Shown here: one piece after another, positions 37,326-50,062 of the stretch | How positions within the stretch are numbered: position 1 is the first letter of the stretch | How the letters are laid out: each line of letters opens with the position of its first letter | NCBI GenBank assembly: GCA_977017645.1 | Contig: OZ360222.1 | Location: 19,158,001 to 19,222,000 of the forward strand | Length of the DNA stretch: 64,000 nt | Direction of reading: 5' to 3' | Origin: Torpedo marmorata | Taxonomy: Eukaryota | Translations under genes and position numbers: made by a program | Notes under the pieces: model-generated | Seen by the model: only the letters and a program-made list of their open reading frames with translations | What the model was told of the DNA's origin: nothing | The model's database searches: none

Positions 37326-39527
37326 GTGAGGTCATGGATAATATAAAGATTAATGAGGAGGTAGTATTGGCTATTTTAAAGAGAATAAAGTGGATAAATC
37401 TCCAGGTCCTGACAAGATATTCCTGAGGACCCTGAGGGAGGTTAGTGTACAAATAGTGGGGGCTCTGACAGAAATATTTAAAATGTCACTGGCCACGGGG
37501 GAGGTGCCGGAGGATTGGAGGGTAGCTCATGTTGTCCTGCTGTTTAAGAAGGGCTCCAAAAGTAAACCTGGAAATTATAGGCCTGTGAGTCTGACATCGG
37601 TGGTGGGTAAATTAATGGAGAGTGTTCTTAGAGATGGTGTATACAGTTATTTGGAAAGACAAGCATTGATTAGGAGTAGTCAACACGGTTTTGTACGTGG
37701 TAGATCATGTTTAACAAATCTTATAGAGTTTTGCGAGCAGGTTACTAAGAAGGTTGACGAGGGGAAGGCTGTGGATGTTGTCTATATGGACTTTAGTAAG
37801 GCATTTGACAAGGTTCCGCATAAGAGGCTAGTTTGGAAGGTTCAAGCATTAGGTATTAACGTCGAAGTAGTGAAATGGATTCAACAATGGTTGGATAAGA
37901 GATGCCAGAGAGTAGTGGTGGAAAATTGTTTGTCAAATTGGAGGCCAGTGACTAGTGGAGTGCCTCAGGGATCGGTACTGGGTCCATTGTTGTTTGTCAT
38001 ATATATTAATGATCTAGATGATAGGGTGGTAAATTGGATTAGTAAGTATGCAGATGATACGAAGATTGGTGGTGTTGTGGACAGTGAAGAGGGTTATCAA
38101 AGCTTGCAGGGGGATATTGGACAGTTAGAAGAGTGGGCTGAAACATGGCAGATGGAGTTTAATACTGATAAATGTGAGGTGATATTTTTTGGTAGGACTA
38201 ATCAGCAAAGGTTATACATGTTAAATGGAAGACAATTGAGGAGTGCAGTAGAACAAAGGGATTTAGGAATTCTGGTACATAATTCCCTGAAAGTTGAGTC
38301 ACACGTAGATAGGGTGGTGAAGAAAGCATTTGGTATGTTGGCCTTCATAAATCAGAGTATTGAATACAGGAGTTGGGATGTCATGTTGAAGTTGTATAAG
38401 GCATTGGTGAGGCCAAATTTGGAATATTGTGTGCAGTTTTGGTCGCCGAATTATAGGAAGGATATAAACAGAATAGAGAGAGTGCAGAGGAGATTTACAA
38501 GAATGTTGCCTGGGTTTCTGGGTTTGAGTTACAGGGAAAATTTGAGCAGTTTGAGACTTTATTCCCTGGAGCGTAAAAGATTGAGGGGTGATTTGATAGA
38601 GGTATTTAAAATTATGAAGGGGACAGATAGAGTCAATGTGGACAGGCTTTTTCCATTGAGAATGTGGGAGATTCAAACAAGAGGGCATGGATTGAGATTG
38701 AAGGGGGAAAGGTTTAGAGGAAACATGAGGGGGAATTTCTTCACTCAGAGGGTGGTGGGAGTGTGGAACGAGCTTCCGGCCGAAGTGGTAGATGCAGGTT
38801 CAATTTTGATGTTTAAGGAAAAGTTGGATAGGTATATGGACGAGAGAGGTGTGGAGGGTTATGGGCCGGGTGCAGGTAAGTGGGACTAGGTGGGAGAAGG
38901 TGTTCGGCATGGACTAGAAGGGCCGAACTGGCCTGTTTCTGTGCTGTAATTGTTATATGGTTATATATGGTTATATGACGCTATTACAGCGCCAGCAACC
39001 CGGGTTCAATTCCTACGTTGTCTGCAAGGAGTTTGTACGTTCTCCCCGTGACCGCGTGGATTTCCTCCGGGTGCTCCGGTTTCCTCCCACGTTCCAAAGA
39101 CGTACGGGGGTTGGCAGGTTAATTGTCCTTTGTGTGTTGGCGTTGTAGAATATGGGGAGAGCTGATGAAAGTGTGGGGAGAACTTTATAAAAGGATTGAC
39201 GTATAATTGTGTAACTGGGTGGTTGATGGTTGCCATGGATTCAGTGGGAAAAAGCGCTCTGATTTTTTGCATCTAATTTGTCACTCTGGGATCCTCTACC
39301 TGAGAGATTGATTGGACACATGGGTGTATTTGGGCAGTGCGGACTCGTGGGTCGGAAGGACCTTTTATCGTGCTGTATCTCTAAACTTAAAAGAAAAATT
39401 AAACACAGTGCAAACTTTGGTGGCTTCTAGTCCTGTGGTACTGCTCCCATACACAGCTGAAGGTGGTGAAAATGCAAGGGAATTGCAAAGACAATCATCG
39501 GGGTTGCGAGGCAGACTCTTGTAGTCA

Positions 39528-39960
39528 TCAGAATCAGAATCAATTTATTGTCATTTCATAAAACGAAAAGAAGATTCTCCGAACAGTGCCCATAAATCAC
39601 AAGACAAGGCCAAGACAATGCCTCTGACAGACAAGACAAAACAAGACTGACCAAGACAGCCCCTGCACTGAGCCTATCAAGGAAGCCGCTGCGGATTTAA
39701 CGCACCGCCATCCCAAACAAGCAATCAGCAAGCATGAACACCAGACAAAACATATAACCAAGTCCAGACCACTTACCCGCCCAAGAAGCCGCCGCGATCT
39801 ACGCGCCGCCATCTTAAGCACGCTTGCAGTAAGGACACACTGAACAACACAAAAATCACAAAAGACACCAAATTCACAAATAACCCCCCTCGTTACTGCA
39901 CAGTGACTACAATACAGCAATCAGTAGGACCAGACAATAGCCTTGATACCGCAACAACAT
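39528..39960 (-). mobile_element. Probable ORF-less LINE derivative (5'UTR-like body + Rex/Babar tail)
   Basis: AAGATGGCGGCG motif and a second GATGGCGG copy; tail ATGACAATAAATTGATTCTGATTCTGA. Confidence 0.6.
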
Positions 39961-40174
39961 AGTAGTAGGCAAGATGTTAAATGTCCACTGCACTGCGTTA
40001 AATGTGAACAAAACTTTTGCATCCTCAGGAATTTGTGAGGCAAGCAACAAGATACTTGCGGGCATTTGTTTCAGGTGAGTGGAGAAAAGTTTAGGGGAGA
40101 TGCCAGAGGTAAATATTTTACACAGAGTGTAAATTTTTTTAAAATTTAGGGGAGATGCCAGAGTGTAATTTTTT

Positions 40175-40427
40175 TTAAAATTTTTTACACATACAGCACG
40201 GTAACAGGCCATTTCAGCCCACGAGCCCGTGCCACTCAATTTACACCCAATTAACCTACACCCCTGGTACGTTTCTAACGGTGGGAGGAAACCAGAGCCC
40301 CCGTGAAAAACCCACGCAGACACGGGGAGAACGTACAAACTCCTTACAGACAGCGTGGGATTCGAACCCCGGTCCTGATCGCTGGCGCTGTAAAGGCGTT
40401 GTGCTAACCGCTACGCCAACCGTGCCG
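40175..40427 (-). mobile_element. HE1-like V-SINE
   Basis: Full head/V-domain/tail. Confidence 0.92.
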
Positions 40428-41005
40428 TTTATTGTCAGAGTACATACATGACATCACATACAACCCTGAGATTCTTTTTTGCTGCGGGCCAGGCAGAATT
40501 TCTAACTGTAAACTGTACTCAAGAAGAAAGAAATGTGAACAACTTGACTGTGAAAATACAGAAATAAATTTTCAGTAATACATAATGAGCAAAGGAAGAG
40601 ACCTTAAATGAGTCTCTGAATTGGTCTGTTGTTCAGGTGTCTGATGGTGGAGGGGTAGCAGCTGTTCTTGAACCTGGTGGTGCGAGTCTTGTGGCACCTA
40701 TACCTCTTTCCTGATGGCAGCAGCAAGAGCAGAGCGTGTGCTGGGTGGTGTGGATCCTTGGTGATTGCTGCTGCTCTCCGCTGGAAGCGCTGCATGTAGA
40801 TGTTCTCGATAGTGGGGAGGGTTTTGCCTGCGATGTCCTGGGCTGTGTCCACTACCTTTTGCAGGGCTTTACGCTCAGGGGTATTGGTGTCCCCATACCA
40901 GGCCGTGATGCAGCCGGTCAGCACACTTTCCACCACACATCTATAGAAGTTTGCCAAGGTTTCTACCGACATCCTGAACCTTTGAAAACTCCTGAGGAAG
41001 TACAG
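40428..41005 (-). mobile_element. Rex1/Babar LINE 3' fragment
   Basis: LYFLRSF..NFYRCVVESVLTGCITAWYG. Confidence 0.9.
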
Positions 41006-41609
41006 CGGGGGATGGTGGTGGAGGCTGGTACAATGGGACATTCAAAAGACTCTTGGATATGTACATGAATGTCAGTAAAATAGAGGGTTATGGGTGTGAG
41101 GTAGGGTAAGATTTGATTGCTGTGGTGTACTCTTGGATATGTACATGAATGTCAGTAAAATAGAGGGTTATGGGTGTGAGGTAGGGTAAGATTTGATTGC
41201 TGTGGAGTAAGTTTACATAGGTCAGCACAACATTGTGGGCTGAATGGCCTGTACGTACTGTGCTGTTATGTTCCATGCAACATACACAAAGAACGTGCTG
41301 GAGGGACTCAGTGGGCCAGGCAGCTTGCATGCAAAGTAACAGACTGTCGACGTTTCGGCCAAAACCATTCATCGGGAATGGGAAGATCTGGGCGGATGAA
41401 AGGGTGGGCCGAGAAGACTGGGGGGGGGGGTGAGCACAGGCTGACAGGTGAGTACAGGTGGGAGGGAGAAGAAAAGACAGCTGGGGTGAGAGGGGGAAGG
41501 GGCAGAGGGCTGAGATAGATGCACTCTGATGGGAAGAAGGAAGTGGATGGGGGCTAGAGGAAGGCAGGTGTGGGTAACTGGCAGAGTACAGGTTGCAGAC
41601 AGGTTATTT

Positions 41610-41838
41610 TTAAAAAAATTTGGACATAGCACGGTAACAGGCCGTTTCGACCCATGAGCCCGTGCCGCCCACATACCCCAGTTAACCTACAACCCCTGTA
41701 CGCATTTGGAGGGTGGGAGGAAACCGGAGCAACTGGAAGAAACCTACACAGACACGGGGAGAATGTATAAACTCCTTACAGACGGCGCCGGATTCGAACC
41801 CGGGTCACTAGCGCTGTAATAGCGTTGCACTAACCGCT
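41610..41838 (-). mobile_element. HE1-like V-SINE
   Basis: As in the other copies. Confidence 0.9.
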
Positions 41839-42368
41839 TTATTGTTGTATAGCATTTGCCCCACAACCTCTCCACAGCAATACCTTCACCCAAGCTTTCA
41901 ATTACTCATTTGCCCCAATGTTTCAACAGCGGCATGTTCCCCTGATGAATCTGCAATGCCCCTCGGAATGTTTTACTACTTTAAAAAAAATGCGTTGTAA
42001 ATGCAAGTTGTTATTGTGGTTTTCGCAACCAAAGCAATTGAATTAGTTCCCCTTTTCCACCGAATGTCTGGGTTATTTAATTCCTTTCTTCATCAGCACG
42101 CTTGTGATCGCATCAGCCTTCTTTCCATACCCAACCCCAAGTTGTTTTTGAAAACAGAAAACTCGGCAAGTCAGCAGGCATCCGTGAAGGGACAAACAGG
42201 TCAGTGACCCGTTACACCGAAACCTCCCCAACACCCCGTTTATCTGTAAGCAACCCCCCAGTCCTGTGGAGAGGGCTGGCGGCGTGTCCGTTCCTTCATC
42301 GGGATCTCTGCTGAAGGAAAAGCAGCAAAACAGTGGAAACGCTCGGCAAGTCAGGCAGCATCTATGCC

Positions 42369-43265
42369 AGCACGGCTAGCCTGAAGCCATTACGGCGCCA
42401 TTGTTACGTGAGATTTAAGACAGGTTCGGTGGGTTCACAGAGAAGCGAGTCCAGCTACAGGCTAACAAACAATGGATGATCTTTATTGTACACACAGGGA
42501 AATCGTAGTGGGGAAGACACAAAACAACACTTGATACTAAAACTACATAGGCATTCACATCGGATACAGCGATCTCCGATACTAGTGGCCGCCTACTCTC
42601 TCTCTATTACACACGTGCATTAATATTCGGTAACTAGCCCACTCTTACTATACAGGGACTTCAACACATACTCCCGGTTCCCTGTACCAACGGGGTACGG
42701 CTCAATGCTAAGTATTCCCGCACAATACCACGGTCCCACTCTCAGTGTAGTGCACACCTTACCAACGACGTCCAAGTTCGTGACCTGGCGTAGAGCAGCG
42801 TTCGTAGTCAGGACCAAGGAGCAAAGAGAAAGGGCTGCTGCACGTGGTGGGCTTTTAAACTGCAATAAGCTGGGGGGGTGTCAGGCCCAGGTAATCAGTG
42901 AGTGATTTAAAGGGGCCAATGGTCAGGTGTGCACCAATGGGTTGGCGGAATCCAACCCTGATTGGCAGGTGATGCGAAGTCAGACCAGGTTCCCGATGGA
43001 GAGGCCACAATCCAAATTCCCACCACGTTCCAGACGGAGAGGCCACGTGACCCTCCACAATCCACACTACAGCCAGCGACCCGGGTTCAAATCTGGCGCT
43101 CTCTTTAAGGAGTTTGTACGTTCTCCCCATGTCTGCGTGGGTTTCCTCCGTGTGCTCCGGTTTACAAAGACCTCCGGGGGGTCTGCAGGTTGATTAGTCA
43201 CATGGATGTATTTGGGCAGTGCTGGGTTGTGGGCAGAAGGGCCTGTTACCATGCTGTATCTCTAA
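42369..43265 (+). mobile_element. V-SINE split by a solo LTR
   Basis: ..ATTACGGCGCCA | GCCAGCGACCCGGGTTCAAAT.. rejoins into the SINE head. Confidence 0.8.
42402..43071 (-). mobile_element. Solo LTR (670 bp)
   Basis: TGTTA..CTACA ends, TSD GCCAT/GCCAG, minus-strand TTTAAAAG TATA (~42855) and AATAAA (~42485), several CCAAT boxes, CpG-rich. Confidence 0.82.
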
Positions 43266-43539
43266 AAAAAATAAAAAGTTTACCAGGATTGTCTGGTTTA
43301 GAGGGTATGAGTTGTGGGAAGAGAAAGGACCAACTTGGGTTGTTTTTTCTGGAGCGTCAAAGGCTGAGGGGAGACCTGATAGAGGTTTATAAATTGTACT
43401 AGTGCAATCAGATGACAATAAACTTGAAGTGATTTGTCGTCAATTTGAAAGTTTAGAGGAGATGTGTGGTGCAAGTTATTTACACAGGAGGGCTGGGTGT
43501 CTGAAATGGGCTGCCAGGGGTAGTGGTGGCAATCAGGAA

Positions 43540-44268
43540 GTGGACAGGAGGAAGATAGATCAGCTCGTTGAGAGGTGTCACACCAACAACCTTGCACTCA
43601 ATGTTAACAAAACCAAGGAGATGATTGTGGACTTCAGGAGGAAGTCAGGAGAACACGATCCAGTCCTCATCGAGGGCTCAGTAGTGGAGAGAGTCAAGAA
43701 TTTCAAATTCCTGGGTGTCAACATCTCCGAGGATCTGTCCTGGTGCCTCCATGTCAATGCAATCACGAAGAAGGCTCACCAGCGGCTAGACTATTGAAAA
43801 CTTCTACAGGTGTACCGTGGAGAGCATTCTGGCTGGTTGCATCACTGTCTGGTACGGAGGTGCCAATGCTCAGGACAAGAGTAAACTCCAGAGGGTTGTT
43901 AACTCGGCCTGTGACATCACAGGCACTACACTTCAATCCATCGAGGACATCTACATGAGGCGGTGTCTTAAGAAAGCATCCTCTATCCTCAAAGACCCCC
44001 ACCACCCAGGCCATGCCCTCTTCACTCTGCTACCATCGAGAAAAAAAGTACAGGAGCCTGAAGACAAGCACTCAACGGCACAAGGACAGCTTCTTCCCCT
44101 CTGCCATCAGATTCCTGAATGATCAATGAACCAAAGATACTGCCTTACTTTGACTTTTCATGCACTATTTTTATTTATTTTTGTAAGTGGTCTATATGAA
44201 TGCACTGTGATGCTGCCGCAAAATAACAAATTTCATGATTTGTTCATGACAATAAATTCTGATTCTGA
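43540..44268 (+). mobile_element. Rex1/Babar LINE 3' fragment
   Basis: LNVNKTKEMIVDFRR..FKFLGVNIS; ATTCTGATTCTGA tail. Confidence 0.92.
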
Positions 44269-44307
44269 GATATGAGGCTATTGGATAGACACATACAGGG
44301 AATGGAG

Positions 44308-46335
44308 AGTAAAAAACACAAATGCTGGAGAAACTCAGCAGGTCAAACAGTGTCTTTTATGTAGCAAAGGTATAAATACATAACCGACGTTTCGGGCTTG
44401 AGCCCTTCATCAAAGTATGAGAAAATGCCGGCAGGTGTCCGAACAAAAGAGTGAGGGGGGAAGGAGGGGTGGCAAAGGCAGGAGATGATAGGTGGAGAAA
44501 GGAGGGAGGGGACAGCAGCAAAGAGGGGGAGGAGGGATGGCTGGGTGGGTGGAAAAAACAGGAAGGACAGGTGAGAGGGGAGGGGAAGGAAAAGACAAGC
44601 AGGTTTAGTGGAAAGCAGAAAAGTCAATGTTAATGCCATCTGGCTAGAGAGTGCCGAGACGGAATATGAGATGTTGTTCCTCCAATTTGCGGGTAGTCTG
44701 GGTGGGATAGTACATAAGGCCATGTGAGTGTGGGAGTGTGACTCGGAATTGAAATGGTTGGCTACTGGGAGGTCGTTTTTTTTGCGGACGGAGAGGAGGT
44801 GCTCAGTGAAGAGATCTCCCAATCTACGACCGGTCTCTCCGATGTAGAGAAAGCCACAAAGGGAGCACAGGATGCAGTAAATACGTTCTCTGGATGTACA
44901 AGTGAAGTGTAGCTTCACTTGAAAGGCCTGTTTGGGGCCCCGGAACGTGGTGAGGGGGAGGTGTGGGCTCAGGTGTTGCACCTCTTGCGAGCACAGGGGA
45001 AGGTTCCGGGGGTGCGATGGGTGGGGAGGGATGAGTGAACGAGGGAATTGTGGAGGGAGCGGTCCCTGCGGAAGGCCGAGAGGGGAGGAGAAGGAAAAAT
45101 GTGTCTGGTGGTGGGATCTTGTAGTAAGTGCAGGAAATTCGGGCGGATCATGTGTTGGATGCAGAGGCTGGTGGGGTGGTAGGTGAGGATGAGGGGGATT
45201 CTACGTTTGTTGCGTCTGGGGGCAGAGGGGGCCAGGGCAGATGAGCGGGAAATGGAGGAGATACGGGTGAGGGCTGAGTTGATGGTGGTGGAGGGGAAGC
45301 CACGTTTGTGGAAGAAGGCAGACATTTCAGAAGATCTGGACTGGAAGACCTCATCTTGGGAACAGATGCGGCGGAGACGGAGAAATTGAGAGAAGGGGAT
45401 GGAATCCTTGCAGGGGACAGGGTGTGAGGAAGTGTAGTCCAGATAGTTGTGGGAGTTGGAGGGTTTGTAGTAAATGTCGGTGGAAAGCTTGTCTCCCGAG
45501 ATGGAGACAGAGAGATCCAGGAAGGGGAGAGTGTTATCGGAGATGGACCAGGTGAGTTTGAGATCGGGGTGGAAGTTGGACGCGAAGTGGATGAAGTTGA
45601 CAAGCTCATCGCGGGTGCATGAGGCAGCCCCGATGTAGTCGTCGATATACCGGAGGAAGAGATGAGGGGTTGCAGCATGAATTGCTCCACAAACAGGCAG
45701 GCGTAGCTGGGACCCATGTGGGTACCCATGGCTACTCCTTTGATTTGGAGGAAGTGGGATGAGTTAAAGGAGAAGCTATTGAGAGTGAGGACAAGTTCTG
45801 CCAGGCGGAGGAGGGTAGTGGTAGAGGGTGACTGGTCGGGTCTTTGGTCCAGGAAGAAGCGAAGTGCTTTCAGACCTTCTGTGTGGGGGATAGAGGTATA
45901 AAGGGATTGGACATCCATGGTGAAGATGATGCGGTCCGGTTCAGGGAATCTGAGGTCATTGAGGAGATGGAGGGCATGTGAGGTGTCGCGGATGTAGGTG
46001 GGGAGGGATTGGACCGGGGAGAAAAGATGGAGTCAAGGTAAGATGAAACTTGTTCGGTGGGGCAGGAGCAGGCAGAAACAATGGGTCTGCCCAGATGGTT
46101 GGGTTTGTGTATCTTGGGTAGAAAGTAGAAACGGGAAGTGCGGGGTTGGGAGAGAATGAGGTTGGTGGCCGTGGAGGGGAGGTGACCGAAGGTGATGAGG
46201 TTGGAGATGGTGTTGGAGACAGTGGCTTGATGTGTAGTGGTGGGGTCCTGTGGGAGGGGTCGGTAGGAGGAGGTGTCTGAGAGCTGTCGACTGGCCTCGG
46301 CAAGATGGAGGTCAGTGCGCCAGACCACAACCGCA
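44308..46335 (-). mobile_element. Penelope-like element (same family as 3123-4902), 5'-truncated
   Basis: FYFLPKIHKP..GRPIVS, MDVQSLYTSIP, GVAMG, GIY-YIG FLYIGETGRRL; pLTR with hammerhead. Confidence 0.93.
44379..44419 (-). ncRNA. Minimal hammerhead ribozyme motif
   Basis: Sense CAUACU-UUGAUGA-A-GGGC UCAA GCCC-GAAA-CGUC-GGUUAUG. Confidence 0.72.
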
Positions 46336-46565
46336 CTGGAGAGGTATGGATCATGTGCAAGCAGCAATGATTTAGTTTCATTTGGACAATGTCTTTATCA
46401 GATCTGATGTTAAATTTTAATTGGTATTGCTCTTGTGCAGATGCTACGTAAATGCAATGTCATGTAAAATGGGACTGCATCGTGCACAGGGACCCTGAGG
46501 AGAGTTGGGGAAGAAGGAGAGTGGGTGCTGGCAAGGGAGAGGTTGGTGAGTTCATTTCCCAAAAG

Positions 46566-46815
46566 GGCGGCACGGTTAGCGTAGCGGTTAGCGCAACACT
46601 GTTAAAGCGACAGCAACCGGGTTCGAATCCGGTGCTGTCTGTAAGGAGTTTGTACGTTCTCCCCGTCTCTGCATGGGTTTCCTCCGGGTGCTCCGGTTTC
46701 CTCCCACTGTTCAAAACATACGGGCGTTGTAGATCAATTGGGTGTAATTGGGCAGCACGGGCTCGTGGGTGGAAGGGCCTGTTACTGTGCTGTATGCCTA
46801 AATTTAAATTTAAAA
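46566..46815 (+). mobile_element. HE1-like V-SINE
   Basis: Full head/V-domain/TAAATT tail. Confidence 0.92.
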
Positions 46816-48021
46816 TTAAAAAGCAAATGCAAGTACTTGCCAAGAGCAACATGAACTTCGGTCAACTAATGTCAGTGAACAAAGGAAATAGCAGGTAAGA
46901 GGGGAAAATTAAAAGTGAAATGAAAGCACAGCAGATCAGGCAACATCTGTGATACGCCTGCAGAGTTTTGCTTGTGAAAGAAAAATACATCTCCCCGTAC
47001 TTACAAAGAGCAATGAAAAATGTGTTTCCACTCTAAGGAGCAAGACACCAGCAAAGTTCCTCTGATAATGACACAAGAATCTTTATTTTCCCAGATGTAA
47101 TGAATGTCAGACTGTTGTTCCACAAAGTTTATGCATTCATGTTTCTTACAGTAAATTTCCCCAGACTGAAGGTTTATTTATATATTGACAGGATGTGGAT
47201 GTCACTGGCATCCAGAGCATGGAACAGTACGGCACAGGAGCAGGCCCTTCGGCCCACGGTGTCTGTGCTGACCACGAGGCCCAAATTAAACCTAATGTCT
47301 TCTGCGTGAACATACCCCTCCATTCCTTGCACATTCATGTGTCTTTCTAACAGCCTCCTGAATGCTACTGTTTTATCTGCTTCCACCACTACCCCGGCAG
47401 CCCGTTCCAGGCATCTACCACTCTGTATGGAAAAAAAAATATTAAGCAACTCCTTTAAACTTTCCCCACTCCCCCCACTTTAAAAAGGTCCTCTCCAGAG
47501 TCATTGACTCTGGGTGAACTCTCTTTTGCTTCTCTTTCTCTGACTATAAGAGGCGCCCGGCATTTTCTGCTGATGGTAAATCTGTCTGCCTTACGGCAGA
47601 ACAAAGCAGATTTTGTGTGATATTACACCTGTTTTATTACATGACAATAAATGAATCTTGAATAATATTTTTTTTTATCCTGGAAGAAAGATACTGACTC
47701 TCATAATGTGTCTTTCATAATTTGATAAAGTTCTCCCCTTGGGTCTCTCCTCAGCCTCCAACGCTCCAGAGAAAACAACCCAAAGTTTGTCCGACCTCTC
47801 CCCATAGCTCATACTCTCTCAGCCAGGCATCATCCTGGTAAATCTCTTCTGTACCCTTTCCAAAGCTTCTCCATCCTTCCTGTGATGGGGCGACCAGACT
47901 GTGGCACAGTGACTTGCCTGCAGTCCTATCTGGACCCGACGGTCAAGTCTGGGTTGGGCCCAAGCCTGACAGTGATCTGATTGTGTGGGTTGGGTTGGCT
48001 CTGGCCTACAACCTCTCCAAG

Positions 48022-48690
48022 CACATAGAACATTGCAGCACAGTACAGGCCCTTCAGCCCTCAATGTTGTGCCGACCTATATATCCCTACCAAATAAAAA
48101 GTACTCAACCCTTCCTACCTCTACCATCTTCCATCCATGTGCCTAAGAGTCTCTGAAATGCCCCTAATGTTTCAGCCTCCACTACCACCATTGGCAAGGC
48201 ATTCCAGGCACCCACAACTCTCTGTGTAAAAAACTTACCCTTGATGACTCCCCTAAACTTTTCTCCCTTCACTTTGTGGAGATGTTCCCTGGTGTGTGCT
48301 ATTCCTGCCCTGGGAAAAAGGTGCTGGCTGTCCACCTTATCTATGGACCTCTATTAAGTCTCCTCTCATCTTTCTTTGCTCCAAAGAGAAAAGTCCCAGC
48401 TCTGTTAACCTTGCCTCATAAGACTTATTTTCCAATCCAGGTAACATCCTGGTAAATCTCCTCTGCACCCTCTCCATGGCTTCCACATCCTTCCTATAAT
48501 GAGGTGACCAGAACTGAACATAATAAAGAACTCTAAGTGTGGTCTCACCAGAGATTTATAGAGTTGCAACATGACCTCTCGACTCTGGAATACAATCCCC
48601 CGACTAATGAAGCCCAGCATCCCATAGGCCTTCTTAACTATCCTATCAACCTGCGCGGCAGCCTTGAGAGATGTATGGATTTGGACCTTG
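48022..48690 (-). mobile_element. CR1 LINE 3' fragment (same family as 23103-23805)
   Basis: KKAYGMLGFISRG..LVRPHLE..FFTQRVVGAWNALP. Confidence 0.9.
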
Positions 48691-49559
48691 GAGATGGAGC
48701 CTGCTGGGTTGTGTTGGTCTGGTGCACAAACCACATCGGGGTCAGGGTCCCAATGTCGGACAAACTCTCAGGGAATGGACGAGGCACTTCACCTGGGGCA
48801 AGTGGCTGATTTTCTGGGATCCATTTCAATGTTGACATGGTGCTTGTCTTTTAAGTGGGGGCAGAGGAGATTTACCTGGATTGGATAACAAGTCTTTGAA
48901 CAATGCAGGTAGAGAGGCAACTTAATAGAGGTGTTTAAGAGTAGGAGAGGCATAGATGGAGCGGACAGCCAGCACCTTTTTCCCAGGGCACAATGGCCAA
49001 TACCAGAGAACGTCTGCACAAGGTGAGTGAAAGAAAGTTTAGGGCAGTGGTTCTCAACCTTTTTCAGTCTAAGGCCCACCTGGCTTCCAGCCACATGCCA
49101 TGGCCCACTAGTGGCAATGACTGAGCAATATTTTTCAAGTCAAAGAACGGTGTCTGTGGAAAGAGACTAGTACAATAGGGACATTTAAAAGATTCTTGGT
49201 TAGGCGCATGGGTGTAAGAAAAAAATAGAGGGTTATGGGTGTGAGGGAGGGAAGGGTTCTATTGTTGTGGAGCACGTTAATATAAGTTGGCAACACATCG
49301 TGGGCTGAAGGGCCTGTACTGTGTTGTGATTTTCTAAGCCTATGGCAAGGTGTGCCAACTGGCAGGGGACCTTGGCTTAGACACTGGTGCCAGGTTTGGC
49401 TCAGTGGCAAGGGACAGGACAGAGAGAAATGCGACCATGTAACAGCATGGAGTGTACCTCAAGTCCACAAGGTGACCTCTACCCAGGGAAGATGGTGAGG
49501 GATGGAGGGCATTTTCTGGGCATGGATATCAAGCCTGTGTCTGTATCTTGTTAACGACA

Positions 49560-49772
49560 CAGTAAAATCCGTTATCCGGAATTCAAGCAACTGGCAAAAA
49601 AATCGTGGAAAATAAACAGGTAAAAAATACGGAAGTTTAACATTGGTGACCCCCCCCAGCAGTTAGTTTGCCAATCATGCAACACACAGTCTCAAGCAAC
49701 CGGAACTTTCACTTATCCGGCATCTACCAATCCCCATAGGTACCGGATACAGTCATGTTTTTTTTTTTACTG
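49560..49772. mobile_element. Tc1/mariner (pogo/Tigger-like) MITE
   Basis: CAGTAAAA..TTTTACTG ends, TA on the right, repeated TTATCCGG subterminal motifs. Confidence 0.7.
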
Positions 49773-49844
49773 TATTTGGTAAAATGCCTCCAGATCGAGT
49801 GCAGAAATATACACGAACGAGCAGGCCAGGGTTCATCCAAACAG

Positions 49845-50062
49845 ACTGGTCCCTCCACTAAAGGAAGTTAGCAAAGCAGATGGATTTTGCAGCAACCCCT
49901 TCACTTCTCAGCCAGTGTTATTGAAAGAAGCCTCTTATTCCAAACTCATTTCACTGCTTGAATTTAAATTCCCAGCTGCTGTTTTGGAATTCCAACTTCT
50001 GCCTCTGGATCAATAGTCTGGACCTCTGGATATTCGTCTGGGAACTTAACCGCTTCACTGCC
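49845..50062 (-). mobile_element. Old tRNA-derived SINE (second family)
   Basis: TTGAATTTAAATTCCC..TGGATCAATAGTCTGGACCTCTGG; a related relic flanks the MITE at 15930-16280. Confidence 0.55.

Larger units (their letters stand above)
31580..38976 (+). mobile_element. CR1 LINE (5'-truncated) split by Gypsy; RT frame 37390-38889 open for 499 aa
   Basis: SVFTKE..KSGSE|VMDNIKI..DKSPGPD across the insertion; YADD; TTATATGG-type tail. Confidence 0.95.
31549..39302 (+). mobile_element. V-SINE split by the nested block (head 31549-31579, remainder 38977-39302)
   Basis: ..TTAGCGCGAC | GACGCTATTACAGCGCCAGC.. rejoins into the SINE head consensus; GAC duplicated. Confidence 0.85.

Noticed and set aside
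37390-38889. 499-aa open RT frame as a domesticated gene
   Set aside because: 5'-truncated CR1 with no endonuclease or promoter; an open frame is compatible with modest age.
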